From a virus (lineage: Duplodnaviria > Heunggongvirae > Uroviricota > Caudoviricetes), in IMG/VR virus record IMGVR_UViG_3300042922_001018: 64,000 bases of DNA; one strand, 5' to 3'. The position numbers and the translations under genes are program-made. The notes under the pieces were generated by a model. The model was not told the origin of the DNA. It saw only the letters and a list, made by a program, of their open reading frames with translations, and did no database searches. Positions 30,786-39,821 of this stretch are shown in pieces. The first letter of the stretch is position 1. Each line of letters begins with the position of its first letter.

Positions 30786-31847
30786 TCAGCGATTCCCGAT
30801 GAACAACGGGTCACCCGCGGCCACTGGACGGTTCGAACATGAGGTGACGACAGTGCCCTCGGCGTACGGGAGCTGCGTGAGGCACTCTGGAAGAAGCTCC
30901 CCGGTTCCGGGGACAGTGGCCGACGTGACACGAGGGAACAGCGACTCAGTCCGCAGCTCCCAGCCGCCGTCCACTTCGACGGCTTCACCCGTGGCTCGGG
31001 GGAAAGCGTGCGGTAGGTCCAACGCGCAGACGCGGAATGAGCTGGGAGCATCCGGAGACGCACTGTTCGTGGACACGAGCACACCGACAAGGTCTCGGTA
31101 GTAGCCTTCACCGCGCTCGAAGTACCAGTCGTCTGAGAACCCGTACCCCTGGCTCACGATGTAATCGACCTGCGCGCGATTCGCGTACGCTTCGGGGAAG
31201 CCGTCCACCGACCCGCCCGCCATCCGAATGCGCCAGCGCGCGTCCGGCACTGTAGCGCTCACAGTCACCGTAGCGCAGGCGCGTGTCAACCCGGCAATCT
31301 CCCACTCGACCGACTCGATACGCGCAGTCTCGAAGTCCGGATGCATGTTGAAGACGGTCTGCTCCGGCGCATCGCCTGCAAGAGTGAACCGCGTGTAGAA
31401 TCCGCCCTTCCCCTGCGCGTCCAGAAGGTTCGAGACCAGTTCCCATACCGAGACCCCTGAAGGCAGCGGAGGAACCCCGGATACGTTGTACGTGTAGATG
31501 TTCTCCACCGCCACTTCGACCGGTTCCGGCGCCGTACTGGCGTTCATGAAGAAGCTGCCCGATTCGGACTCGGCTAGCGCCGCCCACCCGTCTTCCGAAG
31601 TCACAACTGACACGGACTCTGAAGAGGACTGCTGATACTCTCCGTTTGCGATGAACGCAGAGTTCTGCTCGCTGGCAACTGTCCGCAGCTCGGCAGTCAC
31701 ATCCGAGTCTTGCGCAGCAGCCGTCGCGTTCTGCCACGCCCAGAAACCCGCGAGTACCAGGGCGACTACCGCGAGTATGGCTCCGACCCAGACAAGCTCA
31801 TGGTCGTACCATCTTTCGTCTTCCGGCTCAATGTCTTCAGTGCTCAT
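30786..31847 (-). CDS. Membrane-anchored extracytoplasmic protein with type IV pilin-like N-terminal helix
   Basis: ELVWVGAILAVVALV...AQDSDVTAELRTVASEQ...NGEY resembles a pilin alpha1 helix; no G|F cleavage site. Confidence 0.5.
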   Translation of the reverse strand: MSTEDIEPEDERWYDHELVWVGAILAVVALVLAGFWAWQNATAAAQDSDVTAELRTVASEQNSAFIANGEYQQSSSESVSVVTSEDGWAALAESESGSFFMNASTAPEPVEVAVENIYTYNVSGVPPLPSGVSVWELVSNLLDAQGKGGFYTRFTLAGDAPEQTVFNMHPDFETARIESVEWEIAGLTRACATVTVSATVPDARWRIRMAGGSVDGFPEAYANRAQVDYIVSQGYGFSDDWYFERGEGYYRDLVGVLVSTNSASPDAPSSFRVCALDLPHAFPRATGEAVEVDGGWELRTESLFPRVTSATVPGTGELLPECLTQLPYAEGTVVTSCSNRPVAAGDPLFIGNR

Positions 31848-32209
31848 CCCGACGCCGCCAAGACGTATTCCAGACTGACACCATCACGGTGGTAGCCGAT
31901 GACATCATCCGTTTTGAACCCTGCTTCGAGCAACGGCAGCGCGAACGATACTGGGACACCGGCCAGATGGAGGGAGATGACGCCGTCGTATTCTCCCGCC
32001 CAGATGCCGTACGCTTTGACATCTTCGATACGCAGCCCGCGGTCCCAATAATGGCGAATGACGAGGGCCGGATAGAACCGGAGTGCATGGACGTACGATG
32101 CTGGGACACCAGCTACGTAAAGCATCGCTATCTCGTCGTCTCCCCGTTTCCCGCTCTCAGCGATGTAATCGACGGGGACGCCGAAACTCTCGCACTCGGG
32201 GAACTCCAT
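31844..32209 (-). CDS. PxEY-tail family protein made almost entirely of ~5 repeats
   Basis: GVPVDY, GVPASY, GLRIED, GVPVSF, GVSLEY; start moved to 32209. Confidence 0.8.
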   Translation of the reverse strand: MEFPECESFGVPVDYIAESGKRGDDEIAMLYVAGVPASYVHALRFYPALVIRHYWDRGLRIEDVKAYGIWAGEYDGVISLHLAGVPVSFALPLLEAGFKTDDVIGYHRDGVSLEYVLAASG

Positions 32210-32225
32210 GACCACAGTCTACCCC

Positions 32226-32270
32226 AGAAAATCGAAGGCCCGCCGGGCGATTTGCACGGCGGGCCTTCGA
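32226..32270 (-). terminator. Rho-independent terminator (minus strand)
   Basis: 14-bp arms 32232-32245/32257-32270 followed on the minus strand by TTTTCT. Confidence 0.7.
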
Positions 32271-32379
32271 ACCCAGTCTTTGCCTTCTCGCGTCACTGGG
32301 CGAGCGCTCAATGGACCGACTCTCTAACGGTTGGGCAAGAACGAGCATACCACACTCTGCGCGTGATGCGTAACGCTTC

Positions 32380-33048
32380 TCAGCGGTCGCTGTCCAATGC
32401 TGAAGCATATTCGTCAGGCCAGTCCTCAGCCGCGGCATGTTCTAGAGTCACCGGGTCGATGAGACCCAAGGCATTCAGGCGGATGACCTCTTTCACCGTG
32501 ACAGAAGAGCCGGTCAGTCTTCGGTACGCCAGATGCACGAAGAGGTGGGAGAGGTTGCCGTCATACTCGGCGTCGTACTTCTCAATGAGGACTTCCAGCG
32601 GGGATTTCTTCCGGTTCAGCAGCGCTGAATACACATTCACGTCTGGGGAGATGTCGAGAACGTCCCGTAGCACCTCGATTTCGAAGAGAGACCCAGTACG
32701 GGACGATAGGTAGGCCGCAAGGCGCTCAGGGGTCGCATCGGGCGACGTAGCACCCCGAGCAGCGGCATCCACGATTTCCATACCTGCGGGAGGCAGCCCC
32801 GCCAGGATAGCGAGGTCAGAGGGACTCTCGCCCGTCTGCTTGATGCTCCGGACGAACTCGCTCTGGTTACGGAGGAACCCATTCGCCCAGGCGACCGTGT
32901 ACACTTCGATACCCTCGAACGGAGACTCGCGCTGCGAAACGAGGTATTCCCTCACGTCTCTGTCAAGAACCGCCGTCTGAAACGCCGTAGCATCCCCGCG
33001 TGCCAACGTCTCTAAGGCGAGGGATTGGTCGTACGGCCGGATGGGCAT
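32380..33048 (-). CDS. PxEY-tail family protein (divergent)
   Basis: DWPDEYASAL; TAGACT -10 built on upstream TAG stop. Confidence 0.65.
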   Translation of the reverse strand: MPIRPYDQSLALETLARGDATAFQTAVLDRDVREYLVSQRESPFEGIEVYTVAWANGFLRNQSEFVRSIKQTGESPSDLAILAGLPPAGMEIVDAAARGATSPDATPERLAAYLSSRTGSLFEIEVLRDVLDISPDVNVYSALLNRKKSPLEVLIEKYDAEYDGNLSHLFVHLAYRRLTGSSVTVKEVIRLNALGLIDPVTLEHAAAEDWPDEYASALDSDR

Positions 33049-33057
33049 GACATCAGT

Positions 33058-33645
33058 CTAGAGCAAGACCATGTACTCAGCGGGTACGCCAGCAGTCAAT
33101 GCGCCGGGCGCAATACGGCCACCTGTGACCTGAGCATATGCGCGGAACTCATCTACCGATATTCCCAGGGTCCGCGCCTCAACCGCTGCCGGAATGGTCA
33201 ACGTGATGAAATCGTCCAGGGACAATCCGGCAGCGGTCTCGACCGCAGCCTTGCCCCACTCGCCGGGGTTCCGCATCAATGTCAGCAAGGCGACAGCGAC
33301 GATGAGAGGCACCTGGACCTGCGTGTCCATCCGACGGATGTACCGGACCACTTTCTTACGCGAGACCAGGACTCTCCCGGCCAGAAGTTCCAACGTCGGT
33401 ATGCCCGCGCGTTCCGCTTCAAGCCACTCGGGCAGGTCGAACAAGAACATGGCTGGGTCTCTGTCCGGCGCCGAAGGGGGAAGAGCTTCAGGCCATCCTT
33501 GTGCAGCAGTCCAGCCGAGATTCCCCGCTCGCAGCTCAAACCGCGGTGCGGGTACGGGGTAGGCCCGACGGAGGCGCTTGAAGGCGAGGTCATGTATACC
33601 CGCTCGTGCCCAAGCCGACACGCCTGCCGCAAACCCGCCCTTCAT
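33058..33645 (-). CDS. PxEY-tail family protein
   Basis: GIPTLE, GISVDEF, GVPAEYMVLL*. Confidence 0.7.
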   Translation of the reverse strand: MKGGFAAGVSAWARAGIHDLAFKRLRRAYPVPAPRFELRAGNLGWTAAQGWPEALPPSAPDRDPAMFLFDLPEWLEAERAGIPTLELLAGRVLVSRKKVVRYIRRMDTQVQVPLIVAVALLTLMRNPGEWGKAAVETAAGLSLDDFITLTIPAAVEARTLGISVDEFRAYAQVTGGRIAPGALTAGVPAEYMVLL

Positions 33646-34439
33646 CGGCCGACAGCCCCGAGATACTCCAGCGGGAGACTATTCTTCGAGCCGTTCACGA
33701 TGAGTTCGATGTCCTGGATGCCCGCGCAGATGGCAGACGCCGCATACACTGCCTCGGCGCCATGCAGCATCGCTTCGATGACCAGTTCCTCGCCATCGAA
33801 ATCCAGGCGTCGCAACAGAAGCGGCGGGATTCCACCAGCCAGATAGATGTCCGCGTACCGCAGCATCGTCACTCGTCCGCACACGGCACGCAAGAAGTTA
33901 CGTCCCGGCGTCGGGATGGTGAGGTGCTGCTCCCGCGCCCAGTCGAAGTGGTTGTAACTCAGCACGTCGCCCAGCTCCAGCGGCCTTCCACGGAATTCGT
34001 AGAGTCGCCGGAGGATGTTGGGGTCCGCGCTCTTCAGCATGAACTTCATCAGCAGGGACTTCTCAGCAGAAGCATCCTTCTGCCCGCCCTTGTCCTCCGC
34101 GTCGAACCACTCGTCGAACTCCACCGGGAACTCGAAGAGCATGTGGTGGACGGTAGTGCCACGCGCCGCAGCTTCCTCACCGAAGAACTCCTGAGCCATG
34201 CGGTAGTTGTCGTAGATGCGGCCCGGTTCCCAGTTGACGGTAGCGAACAGCTTCTCGAACAGCTCCGGTTGCCGCTTCACCGACGCCTTCCAGGCCCGGT
34301 AGTAGATGTACTGCGCTTCACGCTGGAAGCCAGCGCTCTCATTCGCGAGGGACCGAAGCTCACCCGTAACGAAATGCGGAAGCTCCGGTGTAATCGGCGC
34401 AGCGTCCGACGGCAACAGAGGTAGCTTCACGCGGTCCAT
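33642..34439 (-). CDS. PxEY-tail family protein
   Basis: GGIPPLL...SLPLEYLGAVGR*; TTGACA-18-TACGAT promoter. Confidence 0.75.
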   Translation of the reverse strand: MDRVKLPLLPSDAAPITPELPHFVTGELRSLANESAGFQREAQYIYYRAWKASVKRQPELFEKLFATVNWEPGRIYDNYRMAQEFFGEEAAARGTTVHHMLFEFPVEFDEWFDAEDKGGQKDASAEKSLLMKFMLKSADPNILRRLYEFRGRPLELGDVLSYNHFDWAREQHLTIPTPGRNFLRAVCGRVTMLRYADIYLAGGIPPLLLRRLDFDGEELVIEAMLHGAEAVYAASAICAGIQDIELIVNGSKNSLPLEYLGAVGR

Positions 34440-34471
34440 ACGTCCATCGTACCGATGTCAGGGTGCAGATG

Positions 34472-35254
34472 TCAAGGCAGCATGGCAGACAGGTACTCCG
34501 GCGTCACGCCGTTCTTGTAACCCGCCATGACCATGTCCACGTTCCGCGCCCCGCCGAGGACGGCGGGGACCGCGTACGTCACCGGGACACCCAAGAAGGA
34601 TGCCTCCGTGACCAGCTCGTACATCTCCTCGCGGCTTGCATGACCCGCGTCACCCTCCAGCGCCATCACCGACCGAGCAGGTACGCCCGCGCGCATCAAT
34701 GCGTACCCCTTATCGCTCTTCGTGACGTAGCGCACCAGACGGCGGGCATCAGGCGAACTGGGTGCGTTGACCGTGTGATAGCGAACGACGTTACGTGTGG
34801 TCGGCCAAGGCGCCGTCAACGGTTCGCCCTTCGCCGCGTGCAAGTCCTCGACCATCTCGATGGGAACTCCGACGTACGCAAGCATCTTCGCGAAATCGAC
34901 CACCGAGTCCATCCGGAAAGCCGCGAAGTGGCGCTCGTCTACGTTGAACAGCACGGACGCGATAGCCACATCAGAGCCGAGCTTCCGCCGGAAGAAAGCA
35001 AGCACCGCGGCATCATGCTTCGGCAGCCGCTCACCGCTCGCAGGCAGGCCGACGTTCTCACCCAGCTCCAGGAACAGCTCAGGCACCCGCTCGTACGCAG
35101 CCAGCCACTCGATAGCCATGAACGAAGACATGCGCGCCTCGTTGCGCCCCGCCTCAGGCGTGAAGTCGTTGACCATACCGTTGAGGTACCGGACCAAAAC
35201 CTCCGGCGCGCCGGAACCCGAGAAGTTCCCCGGCGGCAAGGAAGAGAGACTCAC
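34472..35254 (-). CDS. PxEY-tail family protein
   Basis: GVPIEM, GVPARS, GVPVTY, GVTPEYLSAMLP*; start moved to GTGA overlap. Confidence 0.75.
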   Translation of the reverse strand: MSLSSLPPGNFSGSGAPEVLVRYLNGMVNDFTPEAGRNEARMSSFMAIEWLAAYERVPELFLELGENVGLPASGERLPKHDAAVLAFFRRKLGSDVAIASVLFNVDERHFAAFRMDSVVDFAKMLAYVGVPIEMVEDLHAAKGEPLTAPWPTTRNVVRYHTVNAPSSPDARRLVRYVTKSDKGYALMRAGVPARSVMALEGDAGHASREEMYELVTEASFLGVPVTYAVPAVLGGARNVDMVMAGYKNGVTPEYLSAMLP

Positions 35255-36018
35255 ACCGCACCTCGCGCGCACTCGAAAGCGTACTCCGGCGCCATCCCCT
35301 CGCACAGCAGCTCAACCGCAACCTTGAACTGCGTGCTCTCGAAACCGGAATGCGCCAGCAACCGCAACAGCGAGTCATCGAGGAACCCGCGCGCGTAGCC
35401 CGCCGTCAGCTCCTCGATGTGGAGCGACCATCCGGGCGTCTCGACGTGTTCACGGCTCATCTTCGGAGAAATCGAGAGGACGTGTGCGACATGCTGGATG
35501 CGGATGTCCTCGGTGTTCACTCGGCCCTGCGATGCGCGCAGAATGCCGCGAAGACGCGGCTTCCCCATCTGGTCTACCGCGAAGATGTCCTCAGGCTGGA
35601 CATTCGCCCAGCGGACAGCCCACGTGTAGTCCGTGAACTCGCCGTTCAAGTCCTCATCGAAGAAGTTGAACGCGGCTTCCTGCTCCAGCGTTGCGCCCGT
35701 CATCAGGCGGAACGGCGATGTCCCCGCCCGACGAGCGACCTGTTCGACAGCGGCCGAAATCATCTCGGCACGCGTCTTCGAGTCGTATCGCGCCTCGTCA
35801 TACATTCCGTTCTCCTCGAACGGGATGAGAGCAGCGTTCAGCTCTGCGTGATGGGCAACGTACAGGCGACCCAGCGGCGAGCTTCCGATGTCCGTGTCGT
35901 AGAAGACGCGGCTGAACAGGTCGGAGAAGAGTCCAGGCTGAAGCTCCCGACGACTGACCGGCACGCACAGCTCATCCTCCGTCGCGAGGTACTCCTTGAA
36001 ACGAGAGTTCATGCCCAT
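35251..36018 (-). CDS. PxEY-tail family protein
   Basis: GMAPEYAFEC; start moved to 36018 (TTGACA-17-TATCCT); the ORF-track extension to 36507 is spurious. Confidence 0.75.
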   Translation of the reverse strand: MGMNSRFKEYLATEDELCVPVSRRELQPGLFSDLFSRVFYDTDIGSSPLGRLYVAHHAELNAALIPFEENGMYDEARYDSKTRAEMISAAVEQVARRAGTSPFRLMTGATLEQEAAFNFFDEDLNGEFTDYTWAVRWANVQPEDIFAVDQMGKPRLRGILRASQGRVNTEDIRIQHVAHVLSISPKMSREHVETPGWSLHIEELTAGYARGFLDDSLLRLLAHSGFESTQFKVAVELLCEGMAPEYAFECARGAV

Positions 36019-36081
36019 GCGGCAAGGATACGTGATGCTTGACTCCGTGTCAACCCGGCAGACCCATGGTAGGGTGTACGC

Positions 36082-36633
36082 ATGGAACCATACGCCCTCG
36101 ACCTGTTCTCCGGCGAGAACCTCCCAGCTTTCATCTGGGGTGTCGGCATCTTCGTCGCCATCAGCGCAGTCGGAACCCTCGGCTTCTTCGTCCTCGGCCG
36201 ACGTGACTTCCTCACCTGGCTGAACCTCATCGTCTGCGTCGCCGTCGGCGGTCTCATCGGGTGGGGCGTCGCCAAAGACACCGTTGCGGCAAACACCAAC
36301 GACGCTCGCATCGCGAACCTCATCGAGCAGACCTCCGACATCTACGGCGTCGAGCTGACTGAAGAACAAGCCGAAGACCTCAGACCTCCCGTCGGCCAGC
36401 CGCTCTCCAGCTACGAGGAGTTCGGCAGCACGACCATCGAGTTCATGGACGGCGTGATTCCTGTGGTCCTCGTCTGGGGCGAAGGCAACCTCTTCTACGC
36501 GGTCCAAGACACGCCAAACTCTCTGCCCACGCTGGAGCAGATGGCCGAGCAGGAAGAGCAGCCCACCGAGACCCCGCTCCCTGAAGACTCGGTTCCCGCC
36601 GACTCCGTCCCGGAGGAGACTCCCGCACCGTAG
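36082..36633 (+). CDS. Two-TM membrane protein with Pro/Glu-rich tail
   Basis: Two hydrophobic helices; TGgTAGGGT extended -10 at 36067-36075; very high GC3. Confidence 0.75.
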   Translation: MEPYALDLFSGENLPAFIWGVGIFVAISAVGTLGFFVLGRRDFLTWLNLIVCVAVGGLIGWGVAKDTVAANTNDARIANLIEQTSDIYGVELTEEQAEDLRPPVGQPLSSYEEFGSTTIEFMDGVIPVVLVWGEGNLFYAVQDTPNSLPTLEQMAEQEEQPTETPLPEDSVPADSVPEETPAP

Positions 36634-36636
36634 TTC

Positions 36637-36685
36637 GATACGACTGAGGCCCAGGGTTGACAGCCCTGGGCCTCAGTCGTATCCT
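36637..36685 (+). promoter_or_regulatory. Perfect 20-bp inverted repeat carrying a sigma70 promoter (-35 in the loop)
   Basis: Arms 36637-36656/36664-36683; loop TTGACAG; TTGACA-17-TATCCT-6-ATG(36692). Confidence 0.8.
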
Positions 36686-36691
36686 GGACTC

Positions 36692-37396
36692 ATGGGACAC
36701 GCAACCGCTTCTATCTACCTCGCCGCCTCCGACCTCGTAAGCACCCGCCCGAACGACATCCTCCACGCCGGAATCGCGGAGTGGAGCGACACGCTGTCGG
36801 ACCGTCACGACAGCCCCGAACCCGGCTATGTGACCATGCGCGAGCTGAACTCTCGCGAAGCGGCCGGTTACTCCATCGGCCCCGACGACGTGCACAGCGG
36901 CGCTTCCGTCGTCGTCCCGGTCACCACGTCCACCATCACGAAGACGCGCAACGTGAAGCACACGGTCACGGCCGAAGAACTCAAACTCCTCCGACGCGGC
37001 GTCGTCTACCCGTACTTCGACAAGCAGACCTTCGGTCCGCACGTCACCAAAATCGAGGTCGTCGCCCTGCCCAAGGTGCGCGCACCCAAGGCAGAAGCCA
37101 CCGAAGGCGCGTCCGTCACCAAGTACGTGGTCATCGGCGCCGGAAGCGTCTACGCGACGGGCAACACCCAGGCGGAGGCGCGAGCGAAGGCCATCGAACT
37201 GATGAAGAACAAGGAGAACATCAGCTCGCTGAGCATCGAGGCTCGCATCACCCGCGCAGACGGCAACCCGGCGCTCGTCCGCATCACGCGGCCCGAACCG
37301 GAGACATCGACCGTGACGCTCCGTGTCAAGACTGTCGAACCGAAGCCCGGTGCCAAGACTGAAGGCTATCTCGTCGCCTTCAGCTACCACTGCTGA
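36692..37396 (+). CDS. Hypothetical protein (234 aa)
   Basis: Strong GC3 bias, own promoter, followed by a terminator. Confidence 0.75.
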   Translation: MGHATASIYLAASDLVSTRPNDILHAGIAEWSDTLSDRHDSPEPGYVTMRELNSREAAGYSIGPDDVHSGASVVVPVTTSTITKTRNVKHTVTAEELKLLRRGVVYPYFDKQTFGPHVTKIEVVALPKVRAPKAEATEGASVTKYVVIGAGSVYATGNTQAEARAKAIELMKNKENISSLSIEARITRADGNPALVRITRPEPETSTVTLRVKTVEPKPGAKTEGYLVAFSYHC

Positions 37397-37398
37397 CC

Positions 37399-37446
37399 TA
37401 AACGAGGAGCGCCCCGCCAGAAGCCTGGCGGGGCGCTCCTCGTTTA
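37399..37446. terminator. Bidirectional terminator between convergent genes
   Basis: 22-bp perfect arms TAAACGAGGAGCGCCCCGCCAG/CTGGCGGGGCGCTCCTCGTTTA, 4-nt loop. Confidence 0.85.
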
Positions 37447-37875
37447 CTTCGGGGGAAGCGAGGTCCAGGACTTGACGGTTTCGAGTTCGTTCGTCTCCGA
37501 GTTGTAGCGGACCAGAACCCTGTTCCCGTCAGCGTCGGTGCCCAACGCCGGGGAATCGACGCCGAAGTCAGAGCTATCGCCCTTGTCGAACGTAATCCCG
37601 TAGACGCGCTCCGCCTCACGCTTCAGAATCTCATCGGGGTTGAAAGCGGACTCCCATACCAGCATCTCAACCAGGATGGTAACGCCACCGATAAGGATGG
37701 CCGCGATGAGAGCGCCACCCATCCGCTTGAAGAAGTCGGCTCCAGTTCGGTGAGCACCGTCCGACTCATCGCGAAATACGAAGAGCACGATGCCACCGAT
37801 GAGCACCGTCAACACTATCATCGCGATAGGGCCGTACACCGGGACGAACTCGCGCGCATCCGAAAGGTCAATCAT
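37444..37875 (-). CDS. Two-TM membrane protein
   Basis: Start moved to 37875 (MIDLSD); two TM then AERVYGITF. Confidence 0.7.
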   Translation of the reverse strand: MIDLSDAREFVPVYGPIAMIVLTVLIGGIVLFVFRDESDGAHRTGADFFKRMGGALIAAILIGGVTILVEMLVWESAFNPDEILKREAERVYGITFDKGDSSDFGVDSPALGTDADGNRVLVRYNSETNELETVKSWTSLPPK

Positions 37876-38575
37876 CCGACACCTCCGCGAACACAGCGCG
37901 TGCCAGTTCCAACGGGATGCCTTGCTGGAGCGCAGCAAGAGCCGCGGTCGGCCCCAGGTCGTTCATGTACGTCACGATGCCGTCCACGTCGCCGCCTTCC
38001 TGAAGCAGGGCGGCATACGCTTTCAGCTCCGCTGTCAACTGCGTTCCCGAGGTCGGTACGATGCTCTTCTCTACCAGAGCTGCGAAGTACCCGCTGAGAA
38101 CCTCGGCCACCGCATCGAGGTCATGGCCCGGCTCCTCGTCCAGGAACTGAAGCCGCTCCTCCAGCTTCTTCGCGGCATCCCTGCTGCTCACTGCGCGCCA
38201 GAGATTATGGTCCGCAGCATTCATGACGCGCGTGAACGCTCCCTGCCGCGTGATGCGTGCCGTGACGAGGGCAGCATACGGGAACTCGATGTCACCCAGT
38301 TTCTTCCCACCCCGCTGGAACGGAAGAAGCGGCGCCATGTCCTGTTGGAGCGAGCGAGCCTCTGCATCGAAGGAGGCAGGCGCGCCTACCTTCTTCAGCC
38401 ATTTCATCGGCCCGAAGAGCTTGCGTGAGGAGAAGATGATGAGCGAGGCCGAGAAGATGCCGGAGCCAACAACCGTCCAGCTCCCGGTGTAGAAACCGAC
38501 GCCGACCATCACAGCCATCGTGAACAGCCCGAACACAAAGAGGTTGCGGATGGACCGATAGTCCTTCGGCATCAT
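37868..38575 (-). CDS. PxEY-tail family protein, membrane-anchored (EL variant)
   Basis: Two TM; QQGIPLELARAVF. Confidence 0.75.
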   Translation of the reverse strand: MMPKDYRSIRNLFVFGLFTMAVMVGVGFYTGSWTVVGSGIFSASLIIFSSRKLFGPMKWLKKVGAPASFDAEARSLQQDMAPLLPFQRGGKKLGDIEFPYAALVTARITRQGAFTRVMNAADHNLWRAVSSRDAAKKLEERLQFLDEEPGHDLDAVAEVLSGYFAALVEKSIVPTSGTQLTAELKAYAALLQEGGDVDGIVTYMNDLGPTAALAALQQGIPLELARAVFAEVSDD

Positions 38576-39201
38576 CTCATCGCCTCCATGTATTCCAGCG
38601 GAACTCCCGCTTCCAGACCCTTCTCCAGATACGAAACGCCGAACTTCTGGATGTAGAAGACCATTGTATGCACATCCGTGCCCGAGCGCAAGGCGCCGAC
38701 AATATGCTTCATCCCGACGACCTTCGCTATAGCGCAGTCAGTCGTGTTCATCCAGCCGCCGCCCTGATGCTGGAACGCGCGCAGCAGCTCAAACAGCTCG
38801 AAGATGTCCGCCCCGCCCGCATCGCCGTATGCCTCGGCTACCCACGCAGCGGCCGGGAATCCTTCCTTCGCGCCGTCCGCACGGCGGATAGCGAAACGCT
38901 GAGAGGTCAGGAACAGCAGCGGGTGTGAAGTCCGCCACTTCCGCTTCGACGCGGCTATGGCGTTGAGCGCCTCCTCATCCTTCGGAAGGTGATGCCACGA
39001 CAGCCAGACTCGTGTCGGTATCCGCCAGGCGGACAGGAAGAAAGCTGCGGCGAGCACGAGGCCGAGAAGACCGAAGCCCAGGTTCACGGTACCCGACTCA
39101 ACATCAGCGCCCGTGAACCCGACAACCGTCATCATCAGGGTTGGGCCAAAGATGATGACGAAGCTGACGATGCCCAGCGCCCACAGCCGCGAAGACTTCA
39201 T
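38572..39201 (-). CDS. PxEY-tail family protein, membrane-anchored
   Basis: Two TM; GVPLEYMEAMR*; start moved to 39201. Confidence 0.8.
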   Translation of the reverse strand: MKSSRLWALGIVSFVIIFGPTLMMTVVGFTGADVESGTVNLGFGLLGLVLAAAFFLSAWRIPTRVWLSWHHLPKDEEALNAIAASKRKWRTSHPLLFLTSQRFAIRRADGAKEGFPAAAWVAEAYGDAGGADIFELFELLRAFQHQGGGWMNTTDCAIAKVVGMKHIVGALRSGTDVHTMVFYIQKFGVSYLEKGLEAGVPLEYMEAMR

Positions 39202-39821
39202 CAGCGAACCGCGTACTCGACGGGGACGCCGTTCTCCAGTGCGTCCAAAGCCGCGCCCGGTGGCACCTGTTCGAGATAGGCGATGATGGTATCGCGCTCC
39301 ACGCCCGCCTCGCGGAGTCGGACGATACGTGTCAGCCAATCGCGCAGGCTTGCAGGGGCCGGACGCCAGTTCTGGCGAGTGCGACCGTACATGGCCTGGA
39401 AGTAGTAGCGAGTGTCTTCGCCAAGAGCGACAGCATCGCTGCCTTGAAGGGCGAGCAACAGCTCCGCCAAATCGGAATCCGCCATGTATCCGTGGCCGTC
39501 ATGACGGTAGAACCTGATGACCGCCAGCGTTGACGGAACATCCCGGAGCTGCCGCATACGGAGATGCTTGCCCAACTTCCGAAAGATGTCCGCGTACTTT
39601 CGATTCACACCATGACGGCGCAGCCACCACACCACCGTCCACTTCGGCCAACGGTCACGGATGATGTGCCAGACCAGAGTGAACACGATGAACGTAGCGA
39701 CCAGCGCAATGGGCACAGCCCACCAGCCGAGGATGAGGTACGTCGCCGTGGAAAGTACAGCTCCCGTGACGAGGTAGGTGATAACCGCAGCGAAGCCCGC
39801 CCGGTTGTTCGGCTTAGCCAT
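39201..39821 (-). CDS. PxEY-tail family protein, membrane-anchored
   Basis: Two TM; GVPVEYAVR*; start moved to 39821. Confidence 0.8.
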   Translation of the reverse strand: MAKPNNRAGFAAVITYLVTGAVLSTATYLILGWWAVPIALVATFIVFTLVWHIIRDRWPKWTVVWWLRRHGVNRKYADIFRKLGKHLRMRQLRDVPSTLAVIRFYRHDGHGYMADSDLAELLLALQGSDAVALGEDTRYYFQAMYGRTRQNWRPAPASLRDWLTRIVRLREAGVERDTIIAYLEQVPPGAALDALENGVPVEYAVR

